Source of the DNA: an uncultured Acidimicrobiaceae bacterium
GTDB taxonomy: Bacteria > Actinomycetota > Acidimicrobiia > Spongiisociales > ZC4RG35
Reading direction: 5' to 3'
Length of the DNA: 64,000 nucleotides
NCBI GenBank assembly: GCA_964645875.1
Contig: CAZYCX010000002.1
Span: 4,354 to 68,353, forward strand
Below, piece by piece: positions 45,092 through 55,589 of this stretch; the first letter of the stretch is position 1, and each line of letters starts with the position of its first letter. The notes under the pieces were generated by a model, which ran no database searches, was not told the DNA's origin, and saw only the letters and a program-made list of their open reading frames with translations. A program made the translations under genes and the position numbers.

Positions 45092-46219
45092 TTACTGACC
45101 GAACCCGAGCTCGTCGAGAGCCTGCTCGATCAGGACAAACGAAGCCTCGGTGAACTCATCTGCCCGGGTCAGATCGGTCCAGCTGTAGATCTCCTCCATG
45201 AGGACCGCTCCCTCTTCCGTATTCACGAAGTCATGGATCGCATTGAAGATCGCATCCTTCAGATCGTCGGGAAGAGTGGCGTCGACGGCGATGACGTCGT
45301 TGGCGATGGGTGAGGAGATGTTGAACACGATCACCCGCTCACCGACGTCGGGGTGCTCCTCCCTGACGTTGCGACGGGCATCGTCGAACGAGACACCGAA
45401 GTCGGCGTCGCCGTTGTAGACATCCAGCACGGAGTTGTCGTGGCTTCCCGAGTACGACGACGAGTAGTCGACGTCCTGGGTCAGTCCGACACCGCCGAGC
45501 TCGAGGACCGGGAAGATGTACCCGGAGGTCGATGTCTCGGTACCGAATGACATGTGGCCACCTTCGACCACGCTCAAGTCGACCGGCTCGGGGCACACCA
45601 GGCCTGCCGAGACCGACTCGTCGCGGGTCCCGTCGGGGTTCCAACCCACCTGGAGGGCAGGGGTGTCTGTCGGCTCCCGAAATTCGACGTTTCCTTCATC
45701 GTCGTAGTAGTACGCACCTTCGACCGGGTCTCCCGTGCAGACGCTGGGGTCGTTGGTGAAGTACTGGGCGTGATAGGTCGAGTCACCGAACCGCACCGAC
45801 TGAGCCAACAGCTCGATGTTGTCGTACTGGCGGGCGGCGATCACGTAGTTCGCCGGCGCCAGGGCCCCGATCTGGGCCTGTCCCGTTCCCAGTGCCGCAC
45901 CGAGAGCGGTGTAGTCGGTGGTGACGACGCCTTCGACATCGATTCCCAATGCGTCGGAGACTATTCCGGCGAGGACATCGACATTGTCCTGCAGGTCCTC
46001 GGCCTCACGGGAGGGGACGAACCCGAACACCAGGCTGTCGGGCCAGTCGGACATCTCGTCGGCCTCGGTGGTCGTGGTCTCCTCGGGTGGGGCCTCGGTG
46101 GTGGTGGTCGCGGCGGGAGCCTCGGTGGTGGTGGTCTCGTCGGCACCACCGTCCCCACAGGCTGCTACCACCAGAGCGAGCACCGCGAGCAGTGCCCAGA
46201 GTCTTGTCTTCATGTGCAT
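45092..46219 (-). CDS. phnD: phosphonate ABC transporter substrate-binding lipoprotein
   Basis: Lipobox VAAC, Thr/Glu-rich linker, PhnD/SsuA family core (YIFPVLEL). Confidence 0.8.
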   Translation of the reverse strand: MHMKTRLWALLAVLALVVAACGDGGADETTTTEAPAATTTTEAPPEETTTTEADEMSDWPDSLVFGFVPSREAEDLQDNVDVLAGIVSDALGIDVEGVVTTDYTALGAALGTGQAQIGALAPANYVIAARQYDNIELLAQSVRFGDSTYHAQYFTNDPSVCTGDPVEGAYYYDDEGNVEFREPTDTPALQVGWNPDGTRDESVSAGLVCPEPVDLSVVEGGHMSFGTETSTSGYIFPVLELGGVGLTQDVDYSSSYSGSHDNSVLDVYNGDADFGVSFDDARRNVREEHPDVGERVIVFNISSPIANDVIAVDATLPDDLKDAIFNAIHDFVNTEEGAVLMEEIYSWTDLTRADEFTEASFVLIEQALDELGFGQ

Positions 46220-46314
46220 TTTCCTCCTGATTTCTTGGATCGCTCGGTCGGGCCGAAGCCAAAGTCGACCGCGACTCGGGTTCGGTGTGCACCAAACGAT
46301 CGGGGCGAGGCTAG

Positions 46315-46878
46315 CTACGTGGACCCGGTTACCGCCAAGCGATCGACCACCTCGCGAAATTCATCGAAGTCATGGACGTCGATCGCTCCCGGCACCGGAT
46401 GGTTCCAGGGCCGGACATAACGGCACACGGTCGCCTCAGGGCGACGCTGCACCAACCCGGGGAGGATGTGTGGCCCATCGTCGACATACACGTGACACGG
46501 CACGAGCCATTTGTCCTCGAGGATGTGGATCTCCGCAGCCGGAATCCCGTGCTTCTCGATCCATCGGTGGGTGTCGTCGACCGCGAATGCAGGCTTGGTG
46601 GTGACGATGACGATGTCGTGCCCCTCGTCAGCCAGAGCGCGCAAGGCGTCGACCGCTCCCGGGAAGGGCTCGAGATGCCAGAACACCGAGCGCCCGTCCA
46701 GGTCCGAGGACCACTGCCAGAACTCGTCGATGTCGGTGAAGTGGGTGAGGTCGACGAGGTCGCTCCAACGCTGGGAGTCCTCGACGGTTAGCTCGGTACC
46801 GAACTCCCGGTTGTAGAACCACATCCAACCCTTGGTGAAGTTGGCCACCACTCCGTCGAGATCTATCCCCAACCGCAT
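46315..46878 (-). CDS. HAD-superfamily 5'(3')-deoxyribonucleotidase-like hydrolase
   Basis: Motif I LGIDLDGV, NT5C-like length. Confidence 0.6.
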   Translation of the reverse strand: MRLGIDLDGVVANFTKGWMWFYNREFGTELTVEDSQRWSDLVDLTHFTDIDEFWQWSSDLDGRSVFWHLEPFPGAVDALRALADEGHDIVIVTTKPAFAVDDTHRWIEKHGIPAAEIHILEDKWLVPCHVYVDDGPHILPGLVQRRPEATVCRYVRPWNHPVPGAIDVHDFDEFREVVDRLAVTGST

Positions 46879-46906
46879 GCGCGAGCAGATCAAGCGCTCA
46901 GACCGG

Positions 46907-47581
46907 TCAGTCGTCCTCGGCGTCGATCGCCTTGGACCGCTTGTAGAAGTCGAGACGGTCCACGGGCATCACCACCGACGACAGGATGTTGGACAGGTGC
47001 CGGCTCAGCCTCTTGATGTAGCGATAGAAAAGGGCACGAGGGGCGGCATGTCGCGCGGGCAGGTCGGACTGCACGAAGTGGAGGACGTGGGTGTCGTAGT
47101 GGTCGGCGTCGTCGTCGATCGTCGAGATCAGCTCGTGGACCTTCTCGGCGTCCTCGGTGGTGAAGGCGTCGAGCGTCCAGGTGATGAGCTCGGCAACGTG
47201 CTCACGGTGCCGGGTCAGCTCTTTGAGGTCGTCACCGACGCTGAAGTTGGCCCCCATCCCGGTCAGCTCCCAGATGTCCTTGCATTTGTCCCCGATCCGC
47301 TCGATGTCCTTGGCCACCGACATGTAGGTGAGCATCAACCCGAAGTCCAGCTCGGCTCCGCGCACCGTGCCATGGACGAGGAGCTCGCGGCGGACGGCGC
47401 GCTCGGCCCGGTTGATCTCCTGGTCGAGAGCGAGCAGCTCTTCCCCCGCCGAGGTGGGATCACTCTCACCGAACACCGCCTCGGTGGCGATCCGATAGGC
47501 GTCCTGGCATTGGGCGAGCATCGCCGCCAACTGCTGCTCGACGCTCTCCAGCTGGTCGTAATCACGGAATATCGAGAACAT
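46907..47581 (-). CDS. PhoU-like / DUF47 phosphate-transport accessory protein
   Basis: Helical DUF47/PhoU-like (SVAKDIERIGDKCKDI). Confidence 0.7.
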   Translation of the reverse strand: MFSIFRDYDQLESVEQQLAAMLAQCQDAYRIATEAVFGESDPTSAGEELLALDQEINRAERAVRRELLVHGTVRGAELDFGLMLTYMSVAKDIERIGDKCKDIWELTGMGANFSVGDDLKELTRHREHVAELITWTLDAFTTEDAEKVHELISTIDDDADHYDTHVLHFVQSDLPARHAAPRALFYRYIKRLSRHLSNILSSVVMPVDRLDFYKRSKAIDAEDD

Positions 47582-47592
47582 TTCCTATCTCC

Positions 47593-48705
47593 TCACGCGA
47601 TCAAGAGTACGGCTAGCGGGACGACGATGAACAGGCCGATCACATATCCGGCCACCATCGACTTCCGTCTCACCCCGGCGGCCGCGGTCCAGGTGGCGAG
47701 TCGCAGCGGGATGCGGCGCAGCGGTAACCATGGGTAGAAGACCAGTATTCCCAGGACGTTGAAGACCAGGTGAGCCACTGCCACGACCAGCGCGTCGGGA
47801 GACTCGGCGGCGACGGATGCGAGCAGCGCGGTGACAGTCGTCCCCACGTTGGCTCCAAGTGTCACCGGGAAGGCGTTCCGCAGGGACAGGACACCGGCTG
47901 CGACCAGGGGGACGAGGATCGACGTGGTGATGCTCGAGCTCTGCACCGCCACGGTCATCAGGATCCCGGCGACCAGTGCCCCGGCGCCCGCACCCTTGCC
48001 GAGGATGCCGTTGATCGCGTTCTCGATGCGGCCCGACATCACCGCACGCATGTTTCGGGTGATCAGCCACAGGGATACGAAGATGAGGCCGAAGCCGAGG
48101 GCGAGGAGCACGGCGCCTTCGACCGTCCCCCATCCCAGCGAGGCGAGCGCCTCTTGGGCCCAAGACACCGGGGCCGACATCGCGTCCTTGATCGGGCTTC
48201 TCCCGGTGTCCACCTCCGGGAGAAGGCCGTCGAAGAGGCCGGCGAGCCAGATGGCGAGCCTGGAGACGAGACCGAAGGCGATCTCGAGAGGAAGCAGGAC
48301 CGCCACGCTGAGGAGGTTGAAGTAGTCGTGCATCGTGGCTGCGGCGAGGGCTCGCTCGAAGTAGGCGCTCTGGCGGACGTGGCCCAGGGAGGCGAGCGTG
48401 TTGGTGACGGTGGTCCCGATGTTGGCCCCCATGATCATGGGGATGGCGGTCTCGAACGGGAGCAATCCCGAGCCGACCAGCCCCACGATGGTGGCGGTGC
48501 TCACCGACGACGACTGCACCATGACCGTGGCCAGGATTCCGGCGGCGAGACCGGCGATGGGGTTGGCCACCGAGCCGAAGACCTGATCCACGACGTCGCT
48601 CCCGAACGAGCTGATGCCCGCCTCCAGTGACTTGACGCCAACTAGGAACAGGTAGAGGAAGAAGAGGGCGAGCCCGAGACGGAGCAGGGTCTCGATCGTG
48701 GGCAT
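47593..48705 (-). CDS. Na+/phosphate cotransporter (NptA, type II-related)
   Basis: Two QSSS signature repeats (VMVQSSSVSTATIVGL; TVAVQSSSITTSILVPL). Start chosen at MPTIETLL; the upstream part of the listed ORF looks non-genic, so the start is uncertain. Confidence 0.75.
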   Translation of the reverse strand: MPTIETLLRLGLALFFLYLFLVGVKSLEAGISSFGSDVVDQVFGSVANPIAGLAAGILATVMVQSSSVSTATIVGLVGSGLLPFETAIPMIMGANIGTTVTNTLASLGHVRQSAYFERALAAATMHDYFNLLSVAVLLPLEIAFGLVSRLAIWLAGLFDGLLPEVDTGRSPIKDAMSAPVSWAQEALASLGWGTVEGAVLLALGFGLIFVSLWLITRNMRAVMSGRIENAINGILGKGAGAGALVAGILMTVAVQSSSITTSILVPLVAAGVLSLRNAFPVTLGANVGTTVTALLASVAAESPDALVVAVAHLVFNVLGILVFYPWLPLRRIPLRLATWTAAAGVRRKSMVAGYVIGLFIVVPLAVLLIA

Positions 48706-48811
48706 GAAGGGCCGGCGCGCGCCGATGACCTTGTCGCGAAGGCGATCTCCCATGGGCGGTCGGCAGGGTACGGGATGAGGCCGGGCTTCGCCCACCCGGG
48801 CGTCGGGACTT

Positions 48812-49489
48812 CTAGGCGGAGCCCGCTCCCGGGAAGTAGAACTTCTCGCCCCTCTCCCACGCCGTCGACTGGTTCCCATAGGCCGGCACCCCTCCGACGT
48901 CTTTGAGTATCCGGGCGAGGTGGAGGAGGTTCCAGGTGAGGAAGGTGGTGTTCTTGTTGGTGAAGTCGTTGTCCGGTCCCCCGGATTCCTCGTCGAGGTA
49001 GGATGGCCCCGGCCCGACCTCGCCGATCCAGCCGGCGTCGGCTTGGGGCGGGATGGTGTACCCGATGTGCTGCAGCCCGTAGAGGACACTCATGGCGCAG
49101 TGCTTCACCCCATCTTCGTTGCCGGTGACGATGCAGCCGCCGACCCGTCCGTAGTACACGTATTGGCCGTCGTCGTTGAGCCGTCCCGATGCGGAGTAGA
49201 GGCGTTCGATCACCCGATTGCACACCGACGACTTCTCGCCCAGCCATATGGGGGTCCCGATGACCAGGATGTCGGCAGCGAGGACCCGCTCCAGTATCTC
49301 CGGCCACTCGTCCCTCTCCCAGCCGTGCTCGGTCATGTCGGGCGCCATGCCGGTGGCGATGTCGTGATCCACCGCCCGCAGCATGTCGACCGCCACTCCC
49401 TGACTTCGCATGATCTCTGCCGAGAGGCTGAGCAGCCCCGCGGTGTGGGAAGTCTGGGGTGAGCGCTTCAGGGTGGTGTTGATGAACAT
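48812..49489 (-). CDS. flavodoxin-like fold NAD(P)H-dependent FMN reductase family protein
   Basis: Flavodoxin-like core ADILVIGTPIWLG. Confidence 0.65.
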   Translation of the reverse strand: MFINTTLKRSPQTSHTAGLLSLSAEIMRSQGVAVDMLRAVDHDIATGMAPDMTEHGWERDEWPEILERVLAADILVIGTPIWLGEKSSVCNRVIERLYSASGRLNDDGQYVYYGRVGGCIVTGNEDGVKHCAMSVLYGLQHIGYTIPPQADAGWIGEVGPGPSYLDEESGGPDNDFTNKNTTFLTWNLLHLARILKDVGGVPAYGNQSTAWERGEKFYFPGAGSA

Positions 49490-49586
49490 CGCGCTCAGGT
49501 CGCCATAGTCGTTGGGCGGTGAGGCCACCATCGATGTGCTCCTGTTCGTCTCGAGATTGCCCCCAAGCTACGCGCCGGGTAGAGGC

Positions 49587-51182
49587 TCAGACCACCTGAA
49601 CCCACGCCATCACCTCAGGCAACCGTCGCCTCAGCAGCTTCGACGACAGCCACAGGGAGATCGAGTAGACACCGACTCCCCAGAGGATCGTCCCAACGGC
49701 GGCGATCCACGGGGGGAGGATCTGCCCGAAAGCCACTGTCAGCGTCACCATCGAAGCCGGGATCACCAGGAGGAGACCGATGGTGAAGAACGACGCCGTC
49801 TGGCTGACGATGGCGAGACATCCCTGTTCGGTCGACTGGGCGAAGACATCCGTCCCTTCCCTGGGGAGCCGAAGGGGCGTGAGCACCGAGACCATGTTCC
49901 CCACGGCCAGCTGGCATCCGATGGCGGAGACCGCCAGTGGCGCCGCCAACCAGGTCCATTCCCAGAATCCGGTGAACAGTGAGAGCAACACTGCCAGCAG
50001 TGCGGTCTCGATGGTGAGAGCGGTGGCCACCGCCAGGTTCTTCCCCAGCAGCAGCTGGCGCGGCGTGGCGGGGAGGACGAATAGGTAGCTGGCGGCGTTC
50101 CTCTCCCATCCGAACAGGTTGAGGGCGATGGGCAGGCCGACGAACAGGACGAGCACCGGCGCCATCAGAGGAGCCCAGTCGTTGTTGCGGACGTCGAAGA
50201 AGCCGGTGGTGCCCATGACTGTCCCCGCCACCGCCAGGCCCACGAAGATCACGGTTCCGGTCCAAACCAGACGTTGGCGAGGGTCTCGTATATAGAACCG
50301 GAGCTCCTTGCGGGCCAGTGTCGGGACCACGCCCCAGGGCCCGGAGGTGAACCCGGAGCGGCGAGCCCGCGCCGCGGGTCGGCTTCCCTCCTGGGGAGTG
50401 GTGAGCATCCAGCGCAAGAGACGTCTCCACAAGCCGGCCAGGACGAGAAGGCCCGCCGTCGCCGCGGCGAGATAGACCAGAGAGCCGAGGACGTCGCCAG
50501 CGGCGGCCTCCACGATGGCGCGCTGGGCTGCTACCGGGGGGATGACCATCGCCCGGTCCATGATCGGGTTCGCGGTCACCGCCCCCGCCAGCCCGAACTC
50601 GGCTATGGCATCCGAGACGGTCCGGTATGCGAAGAACGAGGCCGCCGCCAGCCCGAGGATGAAGAAGGTGGCGATGTCGCGGCCCCTCCTGGTGCGGAGT
50701 ATCGCCGAAACCGCAGCCGAGAAGAGCTGCGATCCGATGGCGAGAAGACCCAAGTGGACGAACGAAGCGGGGACCACCATCCACCATCCGTCGGCGAGGA
50801 GTGAGGTGTTGGCGCCGAGGAGCATGAGGGGGACGATGGTGGCGGGGGCCACCAGGCTGGCGGCTGCCAGCCCCTTGACCATCTGCCCGTGGCTGATGGG
50901 AAGCACTGCCAACTGCTGTGGATCGAGGTTCTCGTCGAGCGGGAAGATGATCACCGGCAGGGTCACCCATCCGGCGAAGAAGAGCAGTGCGCCCCAGCCG
51001 GCGAAGTTGGCGAGAGCTGTCGGCTCGAGCTCTCGGGCGGCGGCGATGTAGCCGGTTGCGAGGTGCCAGCCGGCCCAGCCGAGGAGGAGGGTCGCGATCG
51101 GAAACCCGAAGCGACGCTGGAGGTCGTGTCGGATCCCGTTCCAGGTGAGCCGGGACTTCAGCCCGACGAGGAGTCGTACCAC
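49587..51182 (-). CDS. ABC-2 family exporter permease (531 aa, polytopic)
   Basis: About 12 TM helices, overlaps upstream ATPase gene end. Confidence 0.65.
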   Translation of the reverse strand: MVRLLVGLKSRLTWNGIRHDLQRRFGFPIATLLLGWAGWHLATGYIAAARELEPTALANFAGWGALLFFAGWVTLPVIIFPLDENLDPQQLAVLPISHGQMVKGLAAASLVAPATIVPLMLLGANTSLLADGWWMVVPASFVHLGLLAIGSQLFSAAVSAILRTRRGRDIATFFILGLAAASFFAYRTVSDAIAEFGLAGAVTANPIMDRAMVIPPVAAQRAIVEAAAGDVLGSLVYLAAATAGLLVLAGLWRRLLRWMLTTPQEGSRPAARARRSGFTSGPWGVVPTLARKELRFYIRDPRQRLVWTGTVIFVGLAVAGTVMGTTGFFDVRNNDWAPLMAPVLVLFVGLPIALNLFGWERNAASYLFVLPATPRQLLLGKNLAVATALTIETALLAVLLSLFTGFWEWTWLAAPLAVSAIGCQLAVGNMVSVLTPLRLPREGTDVFAQSTEQGCLAIVSQTASFFTIGLLLVIPASMVTLTVAFGQILPPWIAAVGTILWGVGVYSISLWLSSKLLRRRLPEVMAWVQVV

Positions 51183-52000
51183 GAGAGCTGATCGACTATC
51201 TCACCGCCGACGGCGGCGATGAAGGCGTCTTCGACGTTGTCCTTCCCGGTGACCCGGCACAAGCTCTCCGGCGTCTCTTCGATCGTCAGGCGTCCGTCGA
51301 CCATGATCCCGATGCGGGTGCATAGCTTCTCGACCAGGTGCATCTCGTGCGAAGAGAACACGATGGTGGTGCCGCCGCCGGCCGCCTGCTGCAGGAGGTT
51401 TCGGATCAAACGCGCCGAGACCGCGTCGACTCCCTCGAATGGCTCGTCGAGGAACAGCACCGGCGGGCGGTGGATGATCGCGGCCCCCAGAGCGACCTTC
51501 TTGCGCATACCCCTCGAGTAGTCACCGATCACCTTCGATCCAGCGCTCCGTAGGTCGAGCATCTCGAGGAGCTCGTTGCGACGTTTCAGGGCCTCGGTCC
51601 GGTCGAGTCCGTGCATCGCTGCCGTGAAGTCCAGCAGTTCGGCGCCCGTGAGGCGCTCGTAGAGGTTGAACTCTTCGGGCAGGACGCCGATCCGGGCCTT
51701 CACCTCGGTGGGCGACTCCCAGGTGTCGAACTCGCCGATTCCCACTGTCCCCGCACTGGGGCGGAGGAGCCCGACGATGCATTTGATGGTCGTCGTCTTT
51801 CCGGCTCCGTTCTGTCCGAGTAAGCCGTAGAACTCACCTGGTCGGATCGAGAGGTCGACGCCGTCGACGGCGGTCGTCTTCCCGAACCTCCTCACCAGGC
51901 CGTGAGTCCATACCGCGGGTCTGGCAGGGGCGCGATCGATGGTCTTCTCGTCGGCGAGGGACTGAGTCACTGCACGGAAGTATCGACGGGCTGAGCCCAT
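51158..52000 (-). CDS. ABC transporter ATP-binding protein (ABC-2 exporter partner)
   Basis: GQNGAGKTT, LSGGMRKKVALGAAI-type signature, LFLDEP. Confidence 0.85.
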   Translation of the reverse strand: MGSARRYFRAVTQSLADEKTIDRAPARPAVWTHGLVRRFGKTTAVDGVDLSIRPGEFYGLLGQNGAGKTTTIKCIVGLLRPSAGTVGIGEFDTWESPTEVKARIGVLPEEFNLYERLTGAELLDFTAAMHGLDRTEALKRRNELLEMLDLRSAGSKVIGDYSRGMRKKVALGAAIIHRPPVLFLDEPFEGVDAVSARLIRNLLQQAAGGGTTIVFSSHEMHLVEKLCTRIGIMVDGRLTIEETPESLCRVTGKDNVEDAFIAAVGGEIVDQLSWYDSSSG

Positions 52001-52157
52001 AAGTGAACACCTCCATCGATCTAGCGCTTCACGGCTGGTGGGCCGACTGTCCCGGGCCCGGGCACGTCATGGTGTGAGAGGGCTCCGCGAAAGAACACGC
52101 TATCGACATCGACGGACGACTCGGGCACGGCTGAATCAGTCACCGGAGGAATGTACG

Positions 52158-53876
52158 GTGGGTACCGACTTGCAGTACCAAGCTATCTACCGCAAATATC
52201 GCCCGCAGACCTTCGACGACGTGATCGGCCAGGGGCACGTGACCACCACCCTCGCCCGCGAGGTGGCCGACGGCCGAGTCGCCCACGCCTACCTGTTCAC
52301 CGGGCCGCGGGGCACGGGAAAGACCACGACCGCGCGCATCCTGGCCAAAGCCCTGAACTGCGAGAACCGCAATGCCGACGGGTCGCCGTGCAGCGTCTGT
52401 CCCAGTTGCGTCGCCATTGCCGAGGGAAACAGCCTCGATGTCATGGAGCTCGACGCCGCTTCGCACAACTCGGTCGACGACATCCGCGACATCAAGCTCA
52501 GTGTCACCACCGTCGCTTCAGCGGCAACGTCGAAACGGGTGTTCGTCCTCGACGAAGCCCATATGCTCTCCAAGGCGGCGGGCAATGCCCTCCTCAAGAC
52601 ACTCGAGGAGCCCCCGGAGCACGTTCACTTCGTGCTGGCGACCACCGAGCCATACAAGCTGCTCGACACCATCCGCAGCCGCACCCAGCGCTTCGACTTC
52701 CATCCGGTGCCGGTGGAGGAGTTGGCCGGCTATCTGAGCACCATCGCCGACCGCGAGTCTTACGAGACCGACCCTTCGGCGCTGATCGCGATCGCGCGAC
52801 ATGCCGGCGGCTCGGTGCGCGATTCCCTCTCGCTGCTCGAACAGGTCGCCGCACTCGGCTCGGGTACCGCCGACGTCGCCGGAGTGCGTCGTGCGTTGGG
52901 TCTGGCGGACTCGGAGGCGTTCCAGCGTCTCGCCGAGGCGATCGCATCCCAGGATGCCCGGTCGGCCCTGGAGCTGGTGGCCGAGCTGGCCGCCACCGGG
53001 GTCGACCTCCGCCGCTTCGTCTCGGAGTGCATTGGCTTCTTCCGTGGGGTGTTCCTCGCCCACTACGCCCCCAACCTGGCAGAGATCGCCGATGAGCCGC
53101 CCGAGGTCTACGAATCGTGGAAGAAGGCGGCCGAGATCGTTCCCTCGGCCGACGTGTTGCGGGCGGTCGACCTACTCGCCGAGGCGCTGATCCGCCTGCG
53201 CGAGGGACGTGAGGAGCGCCTCATGGCAGAGCTGGCCCTCATCAAACTCACCCGGCCGGAGACCGCCTCCGACCCCGAAGCTCTAATCTCGCGGCTAGAC
53301 CGTCTCGAGCGGCGCATCGGAAAGCCCGGTGAACCGGCGGCCCAACTGGCAGCCGGGGCCAAACCGAACTCTGAGAAACGCGTCGAGGACGACGGGGGTC
53401 CGGCTTCTGAGTCCGACGACGAGCTTTCCCGGGCGGCCGCGCCCCTGGTCACCGAGCACGACACCGTCGAAGACGAGGATCAGCCCCCGATCGACATCAG
53501 CTTCGAGCAGTTGCAGAAGGTTTGGCCCGGTCTGTTCGGGGGCCTGCGCGATCTGCTCGGTGCCCGCCGATGGGCCTTCTTCCGGGAGGCGGTGCCGGCC
53601 GCGGTGGAACGCAACACGATCATTCTCGAAGTCGCCCATGACTTCCATCTCACTTCCCTCGAACAGGACGACGCCGTCGCCCCGATCGTGGCGGCCAAGG
53701 CGAGCGATCTCCTGGGAGGACCGGTGAAGGTGCGGTTCCGCATCAGGAGCGGAGCGGGTGACGGTGACCGGGAAGAGGACCTCGACCTCGACGACCTGGA
53801 GGAGCGGCCTGGTGAGGAGAGTGATCCCGCCGCTCTCCTCGAGACGGAGCTCGGCGCCAAGGTCGTCGACGACTGA
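52158..53876 (+). CDS. dnaX: DNA polymerase III subunits gamma/tau
   Basis: RBS GGAGGA + GTG 52158; YRKYRPQTFDDVIGQ, GPRGTGKTT, zinc module CSVCPSC; listed ORF start 52038 is upstream read-through. Confidence 0.9.
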   Translation: MGTDLQYQAIYRKYRPQTFDDVIGQGHVTTTLAREVADGRVAHAYLFTGPRGTGKTTTARILAKALNCENRNADGSPCSVCPSCVAIAEGNSLDVMELDAASHNSVDDIRDIKLSVTTVASAATSKRVFVLDEAHMLSKAAGNALLKTLEEPPEHVHFVLATTEPYKLLDTIRSRTQRFDFHPVPVEELAGYLSTIADRESYETDPSALIAIARHAGGSVRDSLSLLEQVAALGSGTADVAGVRRALGLADSEAFQRLAEAIASQDARSALELVAELAATGVDLRRFVSECIGFFRGVFLAHYAPNLAEIADEPPEVYESWKKAAEIVPSADVLRAVDLLAEALIRLREGREERLMAELALIKLTRPETASDPEALISRLDRLERRIGKPGEPAAQLAAGAKPNSEKRVEDDGGPASESDDELSRAAAPLVTEHDTVEDEDQPPIDISFEQLQKVWPGLFGGLRDLLGARRWAFFREAVPAAVERNTIILEVAHDFHLTSLEQDDAVAPIVAAKASDLLGGPVKVRFRIRSGAGDGDREEDLDLDDLEERPGEESDPAALLETELGAKVVDD

Positions 53877-53986
53877 CCCCGTTTCCTCCCCCGGCGAACG
53901 AAGTGAGCGCTGGGGAGGTGTCGTCGCAGGCGACGGAGGGGGCGAGGGCGTGAGACCGGGTAGGTGATCCGGGGAGCAACAGAACG

Positions 53987-54331
53987 GTGTCTCGGGCCAG
54001 TTACCCTGGCCTCATGAATCGCCAGCCCGACATGCGTGAGATCATGAAACAGGCGCAGCAGATGCAAGAGCAGCTCGCCAAGACCCAGGCCGAACTGGCG
54101 GAGCGCCGCTTCGAGGGCTCGGCCGGAGGAGGAATGGTCAAGGCCGTCGTCACTGGTGGTCCGGAGCTCGTCGAGCTCGAGATCTCTCCCGAGGTCGTGG
54201 ATCCTGATGACATCGAGATGCTTCAGGACCTGGTCGTCGCCGCGGTGCGTCAGGCCATGGACGAGGCGGCCAGGGCCACCGGCGAGGAGCTCGGTGGCCT
54301 CACCGGCGGCCTGGGCGGTTTGCTCGGCTGA
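53987..54331 (+). CDS. ybaB: YbaB/EbfC nucleoid-associated protein
   Basis: [20 protein letters not shown]...VKAVVTGG; conserved dnaX-ybaB-recR order. Confidence 0.9.
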   Translation: MSRASYPGLMNRQPDMREIMKQAQQMQEQLAKTQAELAERRFEGSAGGGMVKAVVTGGPELVELEISPEVVDPDDIEMLQDLVVAAVRQAMDEAARATGEELGGLTGGLGGLLG

Positions 54332-54924
54332 TGTTCGAGGGCCCTGTGCAACGCCTCATCGATGAGTTGGGTCGGCTCCCCGGGATCGGCGGCAAGTCGG
54401 CGCAGCGTCTCGCCTTTCATCTCCTCACCATCGAGGAGGCCGACGCCATGCGGCTCTCCGCCGCGATCCGGGATATGCGTGAGCAGGTCGGGCAGTGCAC
54501 CAGATGTTTCAACGTGGCGGCAGGAGAACTGTGCGCTGTCTGCCGTGACACCCGTCGGGACGACAGCCTCGTCTGTGTCGTAGAGCGACCCCAGGACATC
54601 ATCGTGGTGGAGCGAACCCAAGAGTTCAGGGGGCGGTACCACGTCCTCGGGGGTTCGCTGTCGCCGATCAACGGGATCGGACCCGGCCAGCTCCGATTCG
54701 AGGAACTGAGGCAGCGTTTCGAGTCAGAGGGCATCGAGGAGCTGATCGTGGCCACCAATCCGACCGTCGAAGGCGACGCCACCGCGATGTATATCGCCCG
54801 GGAGTTCAAGCCGCTGGGGATGAGAGTCACCCGTCTCGCCTCCGGTCTCCCGGTCGGAGGCGACCTCGACTATGCCGACGAGCTCACCCTGGGACGTGCA
54901 CTGATCGGTCGTTCCGAGCTCTGA
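54331..54924 (+). CDS. recR: recombination protein RecR
   Basis: HhH, C4 zinc finger ([16 protein letters not shown]), Toprim. Confidence 0.95.
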   Translation: MFEGPVQRLIDELGRLPGIGGKSAQRLAFHLLTIEEADAMRLSAAIRDMREQVGQCTRCFNVAAGELCAVCRDTRRDDSLVCVVERPQDIIVVERTQEFRGRYHVLGGSLSPINGIGPGQLRFEELRQRFESEGIEELIVATNPTVEGDATAMYIAREFKPLGMRVTRLASGLPVGGDLDYADELTLGRALIGRSEL

Positions 54925-54938
54925 CCGGTCGATAGCCC

Positions 54939-55589
54939 GTGGAGAAGTCACACCTGGTCTGGGATTGGAATGGCACCCTTCTCGACGATCTGCCGATCGT
55001 GATCGCGGCGGTCAACCGCACGATAGGCGATTTCGGACTGAATCCCATCGGCGCCCACGACTACCGCGATCACTACACCCGCCCGGTCCGTCACTTCTAC
55101 GACCGGCTGTTCGGCCGCGCCATCGAAGACGAGGAGTGGCTCCGCCTCAACACGGGATTCCACGAGGCCTACTTCCAACTGGCCCGGCGGGTCGATCTGG
55201 CTCCAGGTGCCCGGGACGCCATGGAGTCTTTGGACGCGGCAGGTTGGACCCAGTCGCTTCTGTCGATGTCCCCTCAGGACTGGCTCGATGGCATCGTGCG
55301 ACGTCTCGGGATCCACCACCGCTTCCAGATCGTGGACGGGCTCTCAGGTCCGACCGGTGGCCAGAAGGCGAAGCACCTCGAGGGCCACCTCGACGTGCTC
55401 GGAATCGCCGGGTCTTCGGTGGTGGTCGTCGGTGACACCCCTGACGACGTCGCCGCGGCGCGCCACGTCGGCGCACGGGCGATCCTCTTCCACGGAGGCA
55501 GCCATCACATGGATGTCCTCGAAGCGGAGCGAGTGCCGATTGCGGAGACGATCGAGGAAGCGGTGGAGCTCGCCCTCAATCGACGGTGA
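54939..55589 (+). CDS. HAD-family hydrolase (phosphoglycolate phosphatase-like)
   Basis: Motif I VWDWNGTLLDD, motif IV GDTPDD. Confidence 0.7.
   Translation: MEKSHLVWDWNGTLLDDLPIVIAAVNRTIGDFGLNPIGAHDYRDHYTRPVRHFYDRLFGRAIEDEEWLRLNTGFHEAYFQLARRVDLAPGARDAMESLDAAGWTQSLLSMSPQDWLDGIVRRLGIHHRFQIVDGLSGPTGGQKAKHLEGHLDVLGIAGSSVVVVGDTPDDVAAARHVGARAILFHGGSHHMDVLEAERVPIAETIEEAVELALNRR

Noticed and set aside
52001-52157. Possible SRP RNA (ffs) upstream of dnaX, as in the conserved ffs-dnaX-ybaB-recR arrangement
   Set aside because: No GGAAGCAGC-type domain IV motif on either strand in the 157-nt spacer.
52151-53095. 314-aa alternative-frame ORF inside dnaX, and minus ORFs 52518..53063 / 53480..54067
   Set aside because: Arg/Pro-rich artefacts overlapping a highly conserved dnaX frame.
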